34,482 nucleotides of DNA from Treponemataceae bacterium (GTDB lineage Bacteria > Spirochaetota > Spirochaetia > Treponematales > Treponemataceae). How positions within the stretch are numbered: position 1 is the stretch's first letter; the number at the start of each line of letters is the position of its first letter. Below, piece by piece: positions 16,412-25,094 of the stretch. The stretch is taken from positions 1-34,482 of the forward strand of contig JAZUFS010000297.1 of assembly GCA_045640805.1 (NCBI GenBank), written 5' to 3'. The translations under genes were made by a program, and so were the position numbers. The notes beneath the pieces are model-generated. The model did no database searches, had not been told where the DNA came from, and worked only from the letters and a program-made list of their open reading frames with translations.

Positions 16412-18184
16412 ATGAAAGCACCACGCTGGAATACCACTTCAATTTACTCATCTTTTTCTGGTTCTGATTACAAAACAGCATACGAAACTGTAGAGACTTC
16501 CACAAAGTCCCTTCTGGAAGCTGTAAAAAGTCCGGTTATCCAATCTGACTATAATTCCTGGCTCTACTCTTTCATTCAGGAGTTCAACAGGACATACAGC
16601 ATTTTCGAATCCATGTATGCATATGCCAATGCTCTGTCTACTGTGGATACAAATGATACATCAATCCTGCGCGAAATTTCTAAACTGGATGACCTATCAC
16701 TGCCGATTTCAGACATCTCAAATGCATTCACAAAAATTGTTGCCGACAATGCAGAAAAGCTTCCATCTTTTTTTGAGGCACATCCTGAAATGGAAAGATA
16801 TCGCTTCATACTGAAAGAGATTATCGAAGAAAATTCACACCTCATGTCACCTGTTGAGGAAAATCTTGCCAAGGATATGCAGCGCACAGGCGGAGATGCA
16901 TGGAGCCGCCTTCAGGAACAGATAATTGCAAACCTGACAGACGCAGAAACAGGAAAAACATTCAATGAACTTCGTACTGACGCCCATTCTGCAGACGCAG
17001 CAGTCCGCCGTGATTCATACAACAGGGAAATCGCCCTGCTGAAACAGTCTGAAATTCCTCTTGCTGCCTGCATGAATAACGTAAAAGGTGCAACACTCAC
17101 GCTCAATAAGCGCCGTAACTGGAAACGCCCCATCGACAAGAGCCTTAATTCGTCACGTATTTCTGAAAAGACACACGCTGCCCTTATCGGTGCGCTGGAA
17201 GATGCAGTTCCACTCTGGCAGGAATACCTGCAGGTTCGTGCCCGCATCCTCGGCTATGAAAGTGGACTTCCGTTCTACGATCTTTTCGCGCCGCTTCCCA
17301 AGCCGGAAGGTGCCGCACCGGAGAAAGTGTGGACGTACGATGAAGCCCGCGAGTACATTATTGCGCGGTATACCGGTTTCTCAGAGCACATGGGCAACTT
17401 CGTGAAAAAAGCTTTTGACAGCAACTGGATAGACGCAGAAATCCGTAAGGGTAAAGTTGGCGGTGCTTACTGCACAAGTTTCCCCGTTCAGAAAGAATCA
17501 CGCGTCCTCGCAAACTTCAACGGCAATTTTGACGATGTAATTACGCTCGCGCACGAACTTGGTCACGCGTATCACCATGAATGCATAAAGGACGAAGACT
17601 TCATGTTCATGAACTACCCGATGACACTTGCTGAAACGGCAAGTACATTCGGGGAGACAATCGTCATGAAAGATATGCTTTCAAAGACAACCGGCTTTGA
17701 AAAGGCACGTCTGTGTGACATCCACCTGAATGACGGCTGTCAGGTGCTGTGTGACATTCTGAGCCGCTACTATCTGGAGTCTGAGGTTTTCAAGCGTCGT
17801 GAAAATGGCGATCTTTCACCGCAGGAACTGTGTGACATCATGATTGACGCGCAGAACCGGACATACGGACCAGGCCTTACTGACGTAAAGCATCCGTATC
17901 TGTGGGCACTTAAATGTCATTACTACTTCACGGACCTTGATTTCTACAACTACCCGTATGCGTTCGGTCAGTTATTTGCACTAGGGTTGTACAGCAAATT
18001 CGAAGCAGAAGGCACCGCTTTCCCGCCAGTTTACATGAAACTGCTTAAGAACACGGGTTGCATGTCCTGTGAAGACGTATGCCGTTCTGCAGGCTTTGAC
18101 ATTGAAAGCAAGGACTTCTGGAACGCCGGTATAGCACAGTACAGAAAAGAACTGGAAATCCTGAAAGAGTTCGCCGGCAGATAA
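16412..18184 (+). CDS. pepF: Oligoendopeptidase F family metallopeptidase (M3B)
   Basis: 590 aa. Zinc motif HELGHAYHH with a downstream glutamate (LAETASTFGE). GAGGA SD 6 nt upstream. Confidence 0.9.
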   Translation: MKAPRWNTTSIYSSFSGSDYKTAYETVETSTKSLLEAVKSPVIQSDYNSWLYSFIQEFNRTYSIFESMYAYANALSTVDTNDTSILREISKLDDLSLPISDISNAFTKIVADNAEKLPSFFEAHPEMERYRFILKEIIEENSHLMSPVEENLAKDMQRTGGDAWSRLQEQIIANLTDAETGKTFNELRTDAHSADAAVRRDSYNREIALLKQSEIPLAACMNNVKGATLTLNKRRNWKRPIDKSLNSSRISEKTHAALIGALEDAVPLWQEYLQVRARILGYESGLPFYDLFAPLPKPEGAAPEKVWTYDEAREYIIARYTGFSEHMGNFVKKAFDSNWIDAEIRKGKVGGAYCTSFPVQKESRVLANFNGNFDDVITLAHELGHAYHHECIKDEDFMFMNYPMTLAETASTFGETIVMKDMLSKTTGFEKARLCDIHLNDGCQVLCDILSRYYLESEVFKRRENGDLSPQELCDIMIDAQNRTYGPGLTDVKHPYLWALKCHYYFTDLDFYNYPYAFGQLFALGLYSKFEAEGTAFPPVYMKLLKNTGCMSCEDVCRSAGFDIESKDFWNAGIAQYRKELEILKEFAGR

Positions 18185-18188
18185 AAAA

Positions 18189-18216
18189 AGACCCGGTTGA
18201 ACCGGGTCTTTTCTTT
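18189..18216. terminator. Bidirectional rho-independent terminator between convergent pepF and the PPIase gene
   Basis: GACCCGG (18190-18196) pairs with CCGGGTC (18202-18208) with loop TTGAA. It is flanked by an A-run (18183-18189) and TTTTCTTTT (18209-18217). Confidence 0.85.
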
Positions 18217-18241
18217 TCAACTTAGCTGTTACGCCATTACA

Positions 18242-19309
18242 TTATTTGGCGCTGAGCAGTTTAACGTCAAAAATGAGATATGCATTTCCCGGAATAACTC
18301 CCGGATATCCCTGCTCACCGTAAGCATATTCTGGTGGCAGGATCATGCGGCGTGATTCACCAACCCTCATATCCTGAACCATGATATCAAATCCCGGAAT
18401 CATCTGACCGAGTGCCGTATTGAATTCAAGCGGTCCGCGTCCATCTGATGTGTCAAATACTGTTCCGTTCAGCAGCATTCCCGTGTAATCAACACTTGCA
18501 TACTTGCCTGGTCCGCACTTATCGCCAGAACCTTCTTCCAGAATCTGATAGAAAATGCCTTCATCCGTCTTCACCGCATCCGGATATACATCGCGGATTG
18601 CCTGTTCTGTCTTGGCACGTTCTGCAGCAGCAGCCTCTTTTGCAGCTTTCTGCTCTTCAAGCTTCTTCTCGATTGCAGCAGTCTTGAGTGCGTCAAAATC
18701 TGCCTGAGTTGCTGTAAATGCCTCGGCATCTTTTCCCTGGCGGACAATCTCAATATGAGTGATTGTGTCGTTCTGCTTAATTGCGTTGACGACATCCTGT
18801 CCCTTTACGACGTTTCCAAAAATGGTATGCTTTCCATCAAGCCAGCTTGTCTTTACATGAGTAATGAAGAACTGACTGCCATTTGTTCCAAGTCCGTCTG
18901 AACCCGAGCCGGCATTTGCCATGGCAAGAATTCCAGGTCCGGTAAATGTGTACTTGTCGATACACTCATCCGGGAATGTATATCCCGGGCCACCTGTTCC
19001 ATTGCCCTTAGGGTCGCCACCCTGAATCATGAAGTCTGCAATGACACGATGGAACTTAAGTCCGTCGTAGAAAGGCTTTCCCTTAGCAGCATCCAGTGTT
19101 CCCTCAGCAAGACCAACGAAATTCGTTACGGTAAGCGGTGTGTCCTTGTAATACAGTTCCAGGACAATATCGCCCCGTGAAGTCTGCATAATGGCAAAAA
19201 CGCCTTCTTTTCCTTCAATTGCCTTGTGATTTTCATCCATAGCCTTACATCCTCCCATACTGATAATTGCAAAAACAAGCATCAGCAGAATCAATCTTTT
19301 ATTTTTCAT
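18242..19309 (-). CDS. Dual-family peptidyl-prolyl isomerase lipoprotein (cyclophilin domain + FKBP domain)
   Basis: Lipoprotein signal [21 protein letters not shown]. Cyclophilin core ([15 protein letters not shown]...[10 protein letters not shown]), a charged helical linker ([19 protein letters not shown]), then an FKBP core ([16 protein letters not shown]...LIFDVKLL). I use ATG 19309 rather than the TTG at 19378 because the upstream ORF ends at 19299. Confidence 0.9.
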   Translation of the reverse strand: MKNKRLILLMLVFAIISMGGCKAMDENHKAIEGKEGVFAIMQTSRGDIVLELYYKDTPLTVTNFVGLAEGTLDAAKGKPFYDGLKFHRVIADFMIQGGDPKGNGTGGPGYTFPDECIDKYTFTGPGILAMANAGSGSDGLGTNGSQFFITHVKTSWLDGKHTIFGNVVKGQDVVNAIKQNDTITHIEIVRQGKDAEAFTATQADFDALKTAAIEKKLEEQKAAKEAAAAERAKTEQAIRDVYPDAVKTDEGIFYQILEEGSGDKCGPGKYASVDYTGMLLNGTVFDTSDGRGPLEFNTALGQMIPGFDIMVQDMRVGESRRMILPPEYAYGEQGYPGVIPGNAYLIFDVKLLSAK

Positions 19310-20021
19310 ATTCCGTCCTGAACCATGCGGAAATGGCATCGAGCCGTGAAGTGAAAGATTTTGTGACATACTCTTCAATCAACGGCAATGACAGCACATC
19401 CGCCTGAACTAAAATGTATAACCTTATTGTATCATACTGTTCAGATACAACAAGAGTCATGTAAAGATTTTCAGGTTTCACAGACTTAATGATTCCCAAC
19501 TGCAGAGCCTGAAGGTTCTTCATCTGCAGCCGGATTTCATGTTCCGCCTGTGTATATGTTGCCTTGTAAACAGATGACCCCAGCGAATTATCTTCCTGAT
19601 AGAAATAGAGCGTCTTTCCGTTAAGTGTTCCCGTAGAATCATCCGGAATCGCAATATTCGACTCAGGCCCATCTACCGTGTAGCATTTTGGATACAGTAC
19701 TTCAACTTTCTTTTTCGTATTTGAATAGTACGTAATACCCTGCATTGTCGAAAAAGAACGCACAATCCGTGAAAGCTTTTCCATGGCATTGCTGACTTTT
19801 GGAAACTCTTCACAGGCTTCTGCTACAAAAACAGGTTCTGTTCCCTTCTCGCGATTCCAGTAATCCGGTGCAGACTTGGCCAGCGTACTGTCCTCTGGTT
19901 GCAGAGAGAGGGTAACGTTCTTTTCGTTGTAGTGGGTTATCTGCTCTCCGAAGCACAGAGCCAGAAAGCAAAAAAGGCAATAAACAATGTTTACTGCCTT
20001 TTTTGTATGGTGATTTAGCAT
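19299..20021 (-). CDS. Hypothetical secreted protein
   Basis: 240 aa with an N-terminal hydrophobic signal ([17 protein letters not shown]). ATG 20021 overlaps the jag stop by 7 nt, and its stop overlaps the PPIase start by 11 nt. I recognise no family motif. Confidence 0.6.
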   Translation of the reverse strand: MLNHHTKKAVNIVYCLFCFLALCFGEQITHYNEKNVTLSLQPEDSTLAKSAPDYWNREKGTEPVFVAEACEEFPKVSNAMEKLSRIVRSFSTMQGITYYSNTKKKVEVLYPKCYTVDGPESNIAIPDDSTGTLNGKTLYFYQEDNSLGSSVYKATYTQAEHEIRLQMKNLQALQLGIIKSVKPENLYMTLVVSEQYDTIRLYILVQADVLSLPLIEEYVTKSFTSRLDAISAWFRTEYEK

Positions 20022-20737
20022 ACGCCTTTGTAAATAACGCGGACCTGCTTGTAAAGGCCCTCGCCTTCGCTCTTAGTCTCAACGTCTGGTATATCGTTCA
20101 GCGTCGTGTGGATAAGTCTGCGCTCGAACGGATTCATCGGCTCAAGCAGAATTGAATTCTTCGAATTGCGTACCTTATCGGCAGTGTTATAGGCGAGGCG
20201 TACGAGTGTCTCCTCTCTGCGGATGCGATAGTTTTCGCTGTCCAGAATAATGCGGATGTCCTCACGTCCAAGCCTGCCTGCATATACGTTTGCAAGAATC
20301 TGAAGTGCATCAAGGTTCTTTCCCTTGCGTCCTATCAGGATTGAACTGTTCGGTGAGTTAAGGCGGATGCCGATTTTGTGCTCCTCGCGGAACATAACCT
20401 CAACATTAACCTCATAGCCCATCTTTCTGATCATTGATGCAATGAAATCTACGAGCTTTTTCTCAAACTCGCCCTGTGGAAGCGGATCAGCAACAATCTT
20501 GTTTACTGATGTTGAAATGTATTCATCATCACCATCAAACTTATTGCTCTGTACACCACCTGCAGGCTTTACGTTGTCGTCTGTATGTACGCGGATCCGC
20601 ACATATCCTTTCTTGAAAATACTGTTTTTCTGTGTTTCAAGAATCTCGACATCGAACTGATCTCTTTCAAGTCCCAGTTCCGCAGCTGCTATCTCGATAG
20701 CTTCTTTTTCAGTCTTTGCTTCATATTCATATGTCAT
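20015..20737 (-). CDS. jag: RNA-binding protein Jag/KhpB (Jag_N + KH + R3H)
   Basis: 240 aa. N-terminal Jag-type domain (KTEKEAIEIAAAELG), KH-like GRKGKNLDALQ and R3H region (MNPFERRLIHTTL). GAGGTG SD; conserved position after yidC. Confidence 0.9.
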   Translation of the reverse strand: MTYEYEAKTEKEAIEIAAAELGLERDQFDVEILETQKNSIFKKGYVRIRVHTDDNVKPAGGVQSNKFDGDDEYISTSVNKIVADPLPQGEFEKKLVDFIASMIRKMGYEVNVEVMFREEHKIGIRLNSPNSSILIGRKGKNLDALQILANVYAGRLGREDIRIILDSENYRIRREETLVRLAYNTADKVRNSKNSILLEPMNPFERRLIHTTLNDIPDVETKSEGEGLYKQVRVIYKGVC

Positions 20738-20755
20738 AACGCACCTCGCGTAAAA

Positions 20756-22528
20756 TTATTTCTTTGTCTTCTTTGTGAAAACTTCTTTCTTTGGAGTAAC
20801 AGCTTCAAGTGCAGCCTTTTCCTTCTTCACCATCTTGTTGATGAAAATCTGCTGAACCATTGTCAGGAAGTTACTGAGTGTCCAGTAAATCAGCAGTCCG
20901 GATGGAGCACTGTAGAAAATGAAGAAGAAGAATATCGGCATACCGTATGTCATGATCTTCATTGTTGTAGCATTACTGCCCGTCTGCGGATTTGCCATCT
21001 GGGTAATCTTTCCGTAAACCATCTGTGAAGCCAGATAGATTACCGGGAGGATGCGCAGCTGGTTTGTTCCAAGGATAGGAATATTGAATCCAAGTGTTGC
21101 TATACTGTCACCCTGAGAAAGGTCAGGAATCCAGCCAGGGATGAACATTGCACCGCGGAAATCGAAGTAGTTGTTGAACAGATTGAACATTGCAATGATG
21201 AGCGGGAACTGGATAAGCAGCGGAATGCATCCTGAGGCAGGATTGTAACCGACTTCCTGATACAGTTTAGACATTTCAACGTTCAGCTTTTCCTTGTTAT
21301 CCTTGTACTTTTCCTGCAATTCCTGAATGCGTGGCTGGAATGCCTGCATCTTAACGCTTGAGATGGAACTCTTTTTTGAAAGAGGGTAGAGTGCAAGCCT
21401 TAACAGGATTGTCATGATGATGATTGAAACACCCCAGTTGTGAACAACCTTGTTGAACTGTTCCATAATGAATTTAAGGGCAACTTCAAGCCATGCAAGA
21501 ATGCCGCTTGACTGCTGGCAGTAGTCAAACTTCATGTTGGCAACTCCCCAGCCATTATTTGCGGCATTGTTGTACATCTTCATTGTCTTGTTGATTCTAG
21601 GTCCGGCGTAGAAGTAGTACGTATCGTGAACATTCTTGCCATCAATTGCATTACGTACAAGGAAAACCTGTGCGTTGGCATAATCGTCTACTTCAACCTT
21701 CTTTGAGAAGTATGCTTTACTTACAATAGAAGCATCTTCAGGTGCACCAATTATAGAGAAATATTTTCCTGTAATTGCTGCCCATGAGAAATCCTTGTCA
21801 TAAATCTTGATTGCGCCATCGCCAATATTTGTCTTCTTAGTCTTGTCCTTGGCGATTGTCATGAATGTGCGGTTTTCGTATCTGTCCTTTTTAGCATCGT
21901 AATACGGACCAATCTGTGGTGAAGTACGTACGGTGTATGCAGCATCCTCAATGTTGAGGCCTTTCATGGTAGCATCGCCGTCAATCAGAATTTCAAGCTT
22001 AAAGCAGTATTCATCCGGGAGTAATGAAAACTTCTTTGTAAGGTTGAACTTACTGATTGTACCGTCTGTATTCTTTACAGAGAAAGCACGGTCAAACGCG
22101 ACAGTATTTTCATCAATCTTTTTGACGTTGAATGTCTGGTCTACTATTGAGTCCATGTCGTCACCGAAAGAAAGTGCGAATGCACGGTTCTGCTCGGAAA
22201 CATTGTCTACCATCTGGACAAGTTTGTCGCCGTCCTTATGGTCCTTGAGCTCATACTTAATGAGGTCTCCACCCTTGTTGGTGAATACCGCGTGGATGAC
22301 ATCAGTGTCTATGACGACTTCCTGTTCGGGAATTACTGTGTTGTCAACTATTACAGTCGTAGTTTCTTCAACTGCAGCAGATGCTACCTCTGGAATCTCG
22401 TCGAGAACGACAGATTCTTCAGTAACTTCAGTTTCAGTATAAACTGGAGATACAGTCATCTGATATGCTGAAAAACCAATGATTACAAGAGTTGTAAGGA
22501 CAATCGCCCAAATTGTGTTCTTATCCAT
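20756..22528 (-). CDS. yidC: Membrane protein insertase YidC
   Basis: 590 aa with an N-terminal TM, a large periplasmic domain, and a C-terminal 60-kDa IMP core (YPLSKKS...MQAFQPRIQELQEKYKDNKEKLN...GCIPLLIQFPLIIAMF...LLIYWTLSN). Confidence 0.95.
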   Translation of the reverse strand: MDKNTIWAIVLTTLVIIGFSAYQMTVSPVYTETEVTEESVVLDEIPEVASAAVEETTTVIVDNTVIPEQEVVIDTDVIHAVFTNKGGDLIKYELKDHKDGDKLVQMVDNVSEQNRAFALSFGDDMDSIVDQTFNVKKIDENTVAFDRAFSVKNTDGTISKFNLTKKFSLLPDEYCFKLEILIDGDATMKGLNIEDAAYTVRTSPQIGPYYDAKKDRYENRTFMTIAKDKTKKTNIGDGAIKIYDKDFSWAAITGKYFSIIGAPEDASIVSKAYFSKKVEVDDYANAQVFLVRNAIDGKNVHDTYYFYAGPRINKTMKMYNNAANNGWGVANMKFDYCQQSSGILAWLEVALKFIMEQFNKVVHNWGVSIIIMTILLRLALYPLSKKSSISSVKMQAFQPRIQELQEKYKDNKEKLNVEMSKLYQEVGYNPASGCIPLLIQFPLIIAMFNLFNNYFDFRGAMFIPGWIPDLSQGDSIATLGFNIPILGTNQLRILPVIYLASQMVYGKITQMANPQTGSNATTMKIMTYGMPIFFFFIFYSAPSGLLIYWTLSNFLTMVQQIFINKMVKKEKAALEAVTPKKEVFTKKTKK

Positions 22529-22543
22529 TAAGTCCTCCTTAGA

Positions 22544-22765
22544 TTAGGGAACAGGATCGAAGCCACCTTTGAAATACTTGTTGCATTTCAGAATTCTTTT
22601 TGTAGATAACCACATCCCTTTGAAAGGACCATGTCTTTTTATAGCTTCATATGCATAGCAAGAACATGTTGGATAATACCTGCAGCAGGGAGGGAACAGA
22701 GGAGAAATAAGGCGCTGATAAAAGCGGATGCAAAAACATAAAATCGACGAAAGTATCTTTTTCAT
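22544..22765 (-). CDS. yidD: Membrane protein insertion efficiency factor YidD
   Basis: 73 aa. The [19 protein letters not shown]...GGFDPVP signature is present. Confidence 0.95.
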   Translation of the reverse strand: MKKILSSILCFCIRFYQRLISPLFPPCCRYYPTCSCYAYEAIKRHGPFKGMWLSTKRILKCNKYFKGGFDPVP

Positions 22766-23112
22766 GTGTGCAGTATTCCTGCTTTCTGGCCTAAATTACG
22801 AATTATTTCACACCGCGAGATGAACGAATCGTTTCCGGGATACACTAGCATGACCATATCATATCCGGTGTTCAGGTGTGGTTTTAATAAACGATATGCT
22901 TCGCGGCTCAAGCGCTTTGAGTGGTTACGCTGAACCGCATTACCGTAACCGCGTGGTAAGGCAAAAGCTATCCTGTTAATATCTTTCCCGTTAGGCAGAT
23001 AAAAGAGTTTAGCCCCCTGAATGCTTACCTTCCGTCCCTTTTTAAACAAATTCTGAATTTCATCGTACCGTTTTACCCGTTCATCGCGGGTAAAACGACA
23101 GTTTTCTGGCAA
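22762..23112 (-). CDS. rnpA: Ribonuclease P protein component
   Basis: 116-aa basic protein ([21 protein letters not shown]...[13 protein letters not shown]). TTG start; located between rpmH and yidD. Confidence 0.9.
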   Translation of the reverse strand: MPENCRFTRDERVKRYDEIQNLFKKGRKVSIQGAKLFYLPNGKDINRIAFALPRGYGNAVQRNHSKRLSREAYRLLKPHLNTGYDMVMLVYPGNDSFISRCEIIRNLGQKAGILHT

Positions 23113-23135
23113 GCCCGAATCCTTGGCCGTTATGA

Positions 23136-23291
23136 TCAGTAAGGCTTCTTCTCGTCAGAAACGGTCAGCTTATAGCGACCCTTTGCCCGACGGCGCTTCA
23201 ACACCAGACGACCACCTCTTGTAGCCATGCGTGCACGAAATCCAAATTTTCTGTTTCTTTTAACTTTACTTGGCTGATATGTCCGTAACAT
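23136..23291 (-). CDS. rpmH: 50S ribosomal protein L34
   Basis: Hand-translated, not in the ORF track. ATG 23291 gives [51 protein letters not shown] and stop TGA 23136-23138. GGAG SD (23301-23304 on +). Confidence 0.95.
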   Translation of the reverse strand: MLRTYQPSKVKRNRKFGFRARMATRGGRLVLKRRRAKGRYKLTVSDEKKPY

Positions 23292-23363
23292 AGAACACGT
23301 CTCCTTTTATGTGAAGGATGCTTTCACATCCCTGAATTTCCACTAAAACAGTAGGGAGTTAAA

Positions 23364-23393
23364 AATATAGCATGATTATCCAAATTTAGTCAA
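23364..23393 (-). promoter_or_regulatory. Putative sigma70-type promoter of rpmH-rnpA-yidD-yidC...
   Basis: On the minus strand: TTGACT (23388-23393), 18-nt spacer, TATATT (23364-23369). The spacer contains TTATCCAAA on the + strand (23376-23384), one mismatch from DnaA box TTATCCACA. Confidence 0.5.
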
Positions 23394-23400
23394 TGCGAAT

Positions 23401-24021
23401 TCAGTCGGGATTTGACGCCGACTGGTTTTCAAGCGTGTCTTTCATCTGCGAGAAAATTTCCTGCAGTTCAGGAGCAAGCGGCGCGCGGTTGTTACTGGCC
23501 GATTGCTCTTTCTGCCCGTCATCACTTTCGCCAGAAGAAGAACTGTTCTGTGAAGAAGAAGCCGCGTTAGCGGCTGCAATAGCGGCGTTAGCCGCCCGCA
23601 CTTCAGCTTCAGACCGGGCAGCCGCCTCGTCAAGCTCCTCCCGGGTAGGCATCCTGAGGCTGCTTGTTACGTTTTCCACTTTTTTCAACTTGAAGACGAT
23701 ATTCGTGACAGGAATTCCCGGAATCTTCTGCTTAAGGCCGTTCAGAATGTACTTTTTGTACAACTGGAACATCTGAATGCGTCCTGGATGGTCAGTCTCT
23801 ACAATAAGTACGCCATCTTTCAAATCAATGATGCGGCTGTGATCGGCAAGCTGACTGCCATAATCTGCAGCTTTCAGATTATCCATCTGCGGCCCTTTTA
23901 TGCTGTAGAGCGTCTGCTGCCAGGCCCTCATTACATCCGACGACTCCCTGAGCCTGTCTACAGATAAAGAGGAAAAGAGACGCGATAATACATTGGCAGA
24001 TGAAAAATCAGTTTCGTTCAC
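23401..24021 (-). CDS. DUF721-domain protein (DciA-like helicase-operator candidate) with Ala/Ser-rich disordered tail
   Basis: 206 aa. The N-terminal ~115 aa fit the DUF721 pattern (WQQTL...LADHSRIIDLKDGVLIVETDHPGRIQMFQLYKKYILNGLKQKIPGIPVTNIVFKL). The C-terminus is low complexity (AAARSEAEVRAANAAIAAANAASSSQNSSSSGESDD). The start overlaps the recF end by 14 nt. Confidence 0.7.
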   Translation of the reverse strand: MNETDFSSANVLSRLFSSLSVDRLRESSDVMRAWQQTLYSIKGPQMDNLKAADYGSQLADHSRIIDLKDGVLIVETDHPGRIQMFQLYKKYILNGLKQKIPGIPVTNIVFKLKKVENVTSSLRMPTREELDEAAARSEAEVRAANAAIAAANAASSSQNSSSSGESDDGQKEQSASNNRAPLAPELQEIFSQMKDTLENQSASNPD

Positions 24022-25087
24022 TCCAGGTACCTTTCTCTATACTATACACTCTTGTGGTCGACTTTTTATACCGGTCGTACGGTTCTCCGGGTAAAAATGT
24101 GCAGAAAAGCTGTTCGTAGTCGGGAAGCAGTGTCATGATGTGCTGTCTCTTGTCCGGATCAAGCTCCAGAAGAACATCGTCCATAAGCAGGACCGGACTC
24201 TTGCCTGTAATTTCGCGGTAATACGACGCCTGCGCAATCCTGAGTATGAGTGCCGTAAGACGCCGCTGACCTGTAGATGCCGTCGGGATGAACGGCTGTC
24301 CGCCACGTTTGAACAAGATGCGGTCACGATGCGGTCCGGATAGCGTTGTTCCCATTATGAGGTCTTTTTCCTGCCGGGCAAACATCATATCCAGAAGTTC
24401 CTGTTCATTTTCTGTTTTCCAGGATGGCTCATACATGACGGTAACTCCATCTATCCCCGTGACCTTTTCGTATAAATCGGTGAATATCCGGTTGAACTGA
24501 ATTACTGCCACTTTGCGTTTTTTCTGAATTTCAACGCCATGCTGCACAAGCTGGCTGTCGTATACACAAGCCATCTCCATGTTCTGTTCTTTCAGACACG
24601 TGTTCCTGCTTTTAAGGACACGTTTGTACTTACGCAGAACATCTACGTAAAGAATGTCATACATGGAAAGGGATTGGTCAATGAAAAACCTGCGGCGCTC
24701 AGGTTCTCCCACCGCAAAATCAAGGTCATCATGGCAGAAAAGGACACACGGAATTGTATTGATAAGTTCCTTTCTGTCCTGTATTTTCTTTCCGTTTTTT
24801 TCAATCTTTTTCTGTCCGTCGTTGTAAGTAACTGAGACAGTACTTGTCTTACCAGATTCTTCCTTAAACAGACTCTTCACCGAGTAAAATCCGCCACCCG
24901 ATTTTATGATTTCAGATTCATTACGTGTCCTGAACGACGCGCCATAAGAGGAGATGTACAGAGATTCCAGAAGATTGCTTTTTCCCTGACCGTTTTCACC
25001 GACAAAATAGACCTCTTTTGCGGAGAGGTCTATCGAACTGTCGTTTATATTGCGGAAATTGTTGAAAGCGACTGATAAGAAGGGCAA
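24008..25087 (-). CDS. recF: DNA replication/repair protein RecF
   Basis: 359 aa. Walker A GENGQGKSNLLES, the signature region and Walker B (PVLLMDDVLLELD) are present. Confidence 0.95.
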   Translation of the reverse strand: MPFLSVAFNNFRNINDSSIDLSAKEVYFVGENGQGKSNLLESLYISSYGASFRTRNESEIIKSGGGFYSVKSLFKEESGKTSTVSVTYNDGQKKIEKNGKKIQDRKELINTIPCVLFCHDDLDFAVGEPERRRFFIDQSLSMYDILYVDVLRKYKRVLKSRNTCLKEQNMEMACVYDSQLVQHGVEIQKKRKVAVIQFNRIFTDLYEKVTGIDGVTVMYEPSWKTENEQELLDMMFARQEKDLIMGTTLSGPHRDRILFKRGGQPFIPTASTGQRRLTALILRIAQASYYREITGKSPVLLMDDVLLELDPDKRQHIMTLLPDYEQLFCTFLPGEPYDRYKKSTTRVYSIEKGTWSERN

Positions 25088-25094
25088 CCGGCCG

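Noticed and set aside
23393-23776. 127-aa + strand ORF antisense to the DUF721 gene.
   Set aside because: It is open only because the sense strand encodes a GC-rich Ala/Ser low-complexity tail. It has no SD and a low-complexity product (AALAAAIAALAARTSASDRAAASSSSS).
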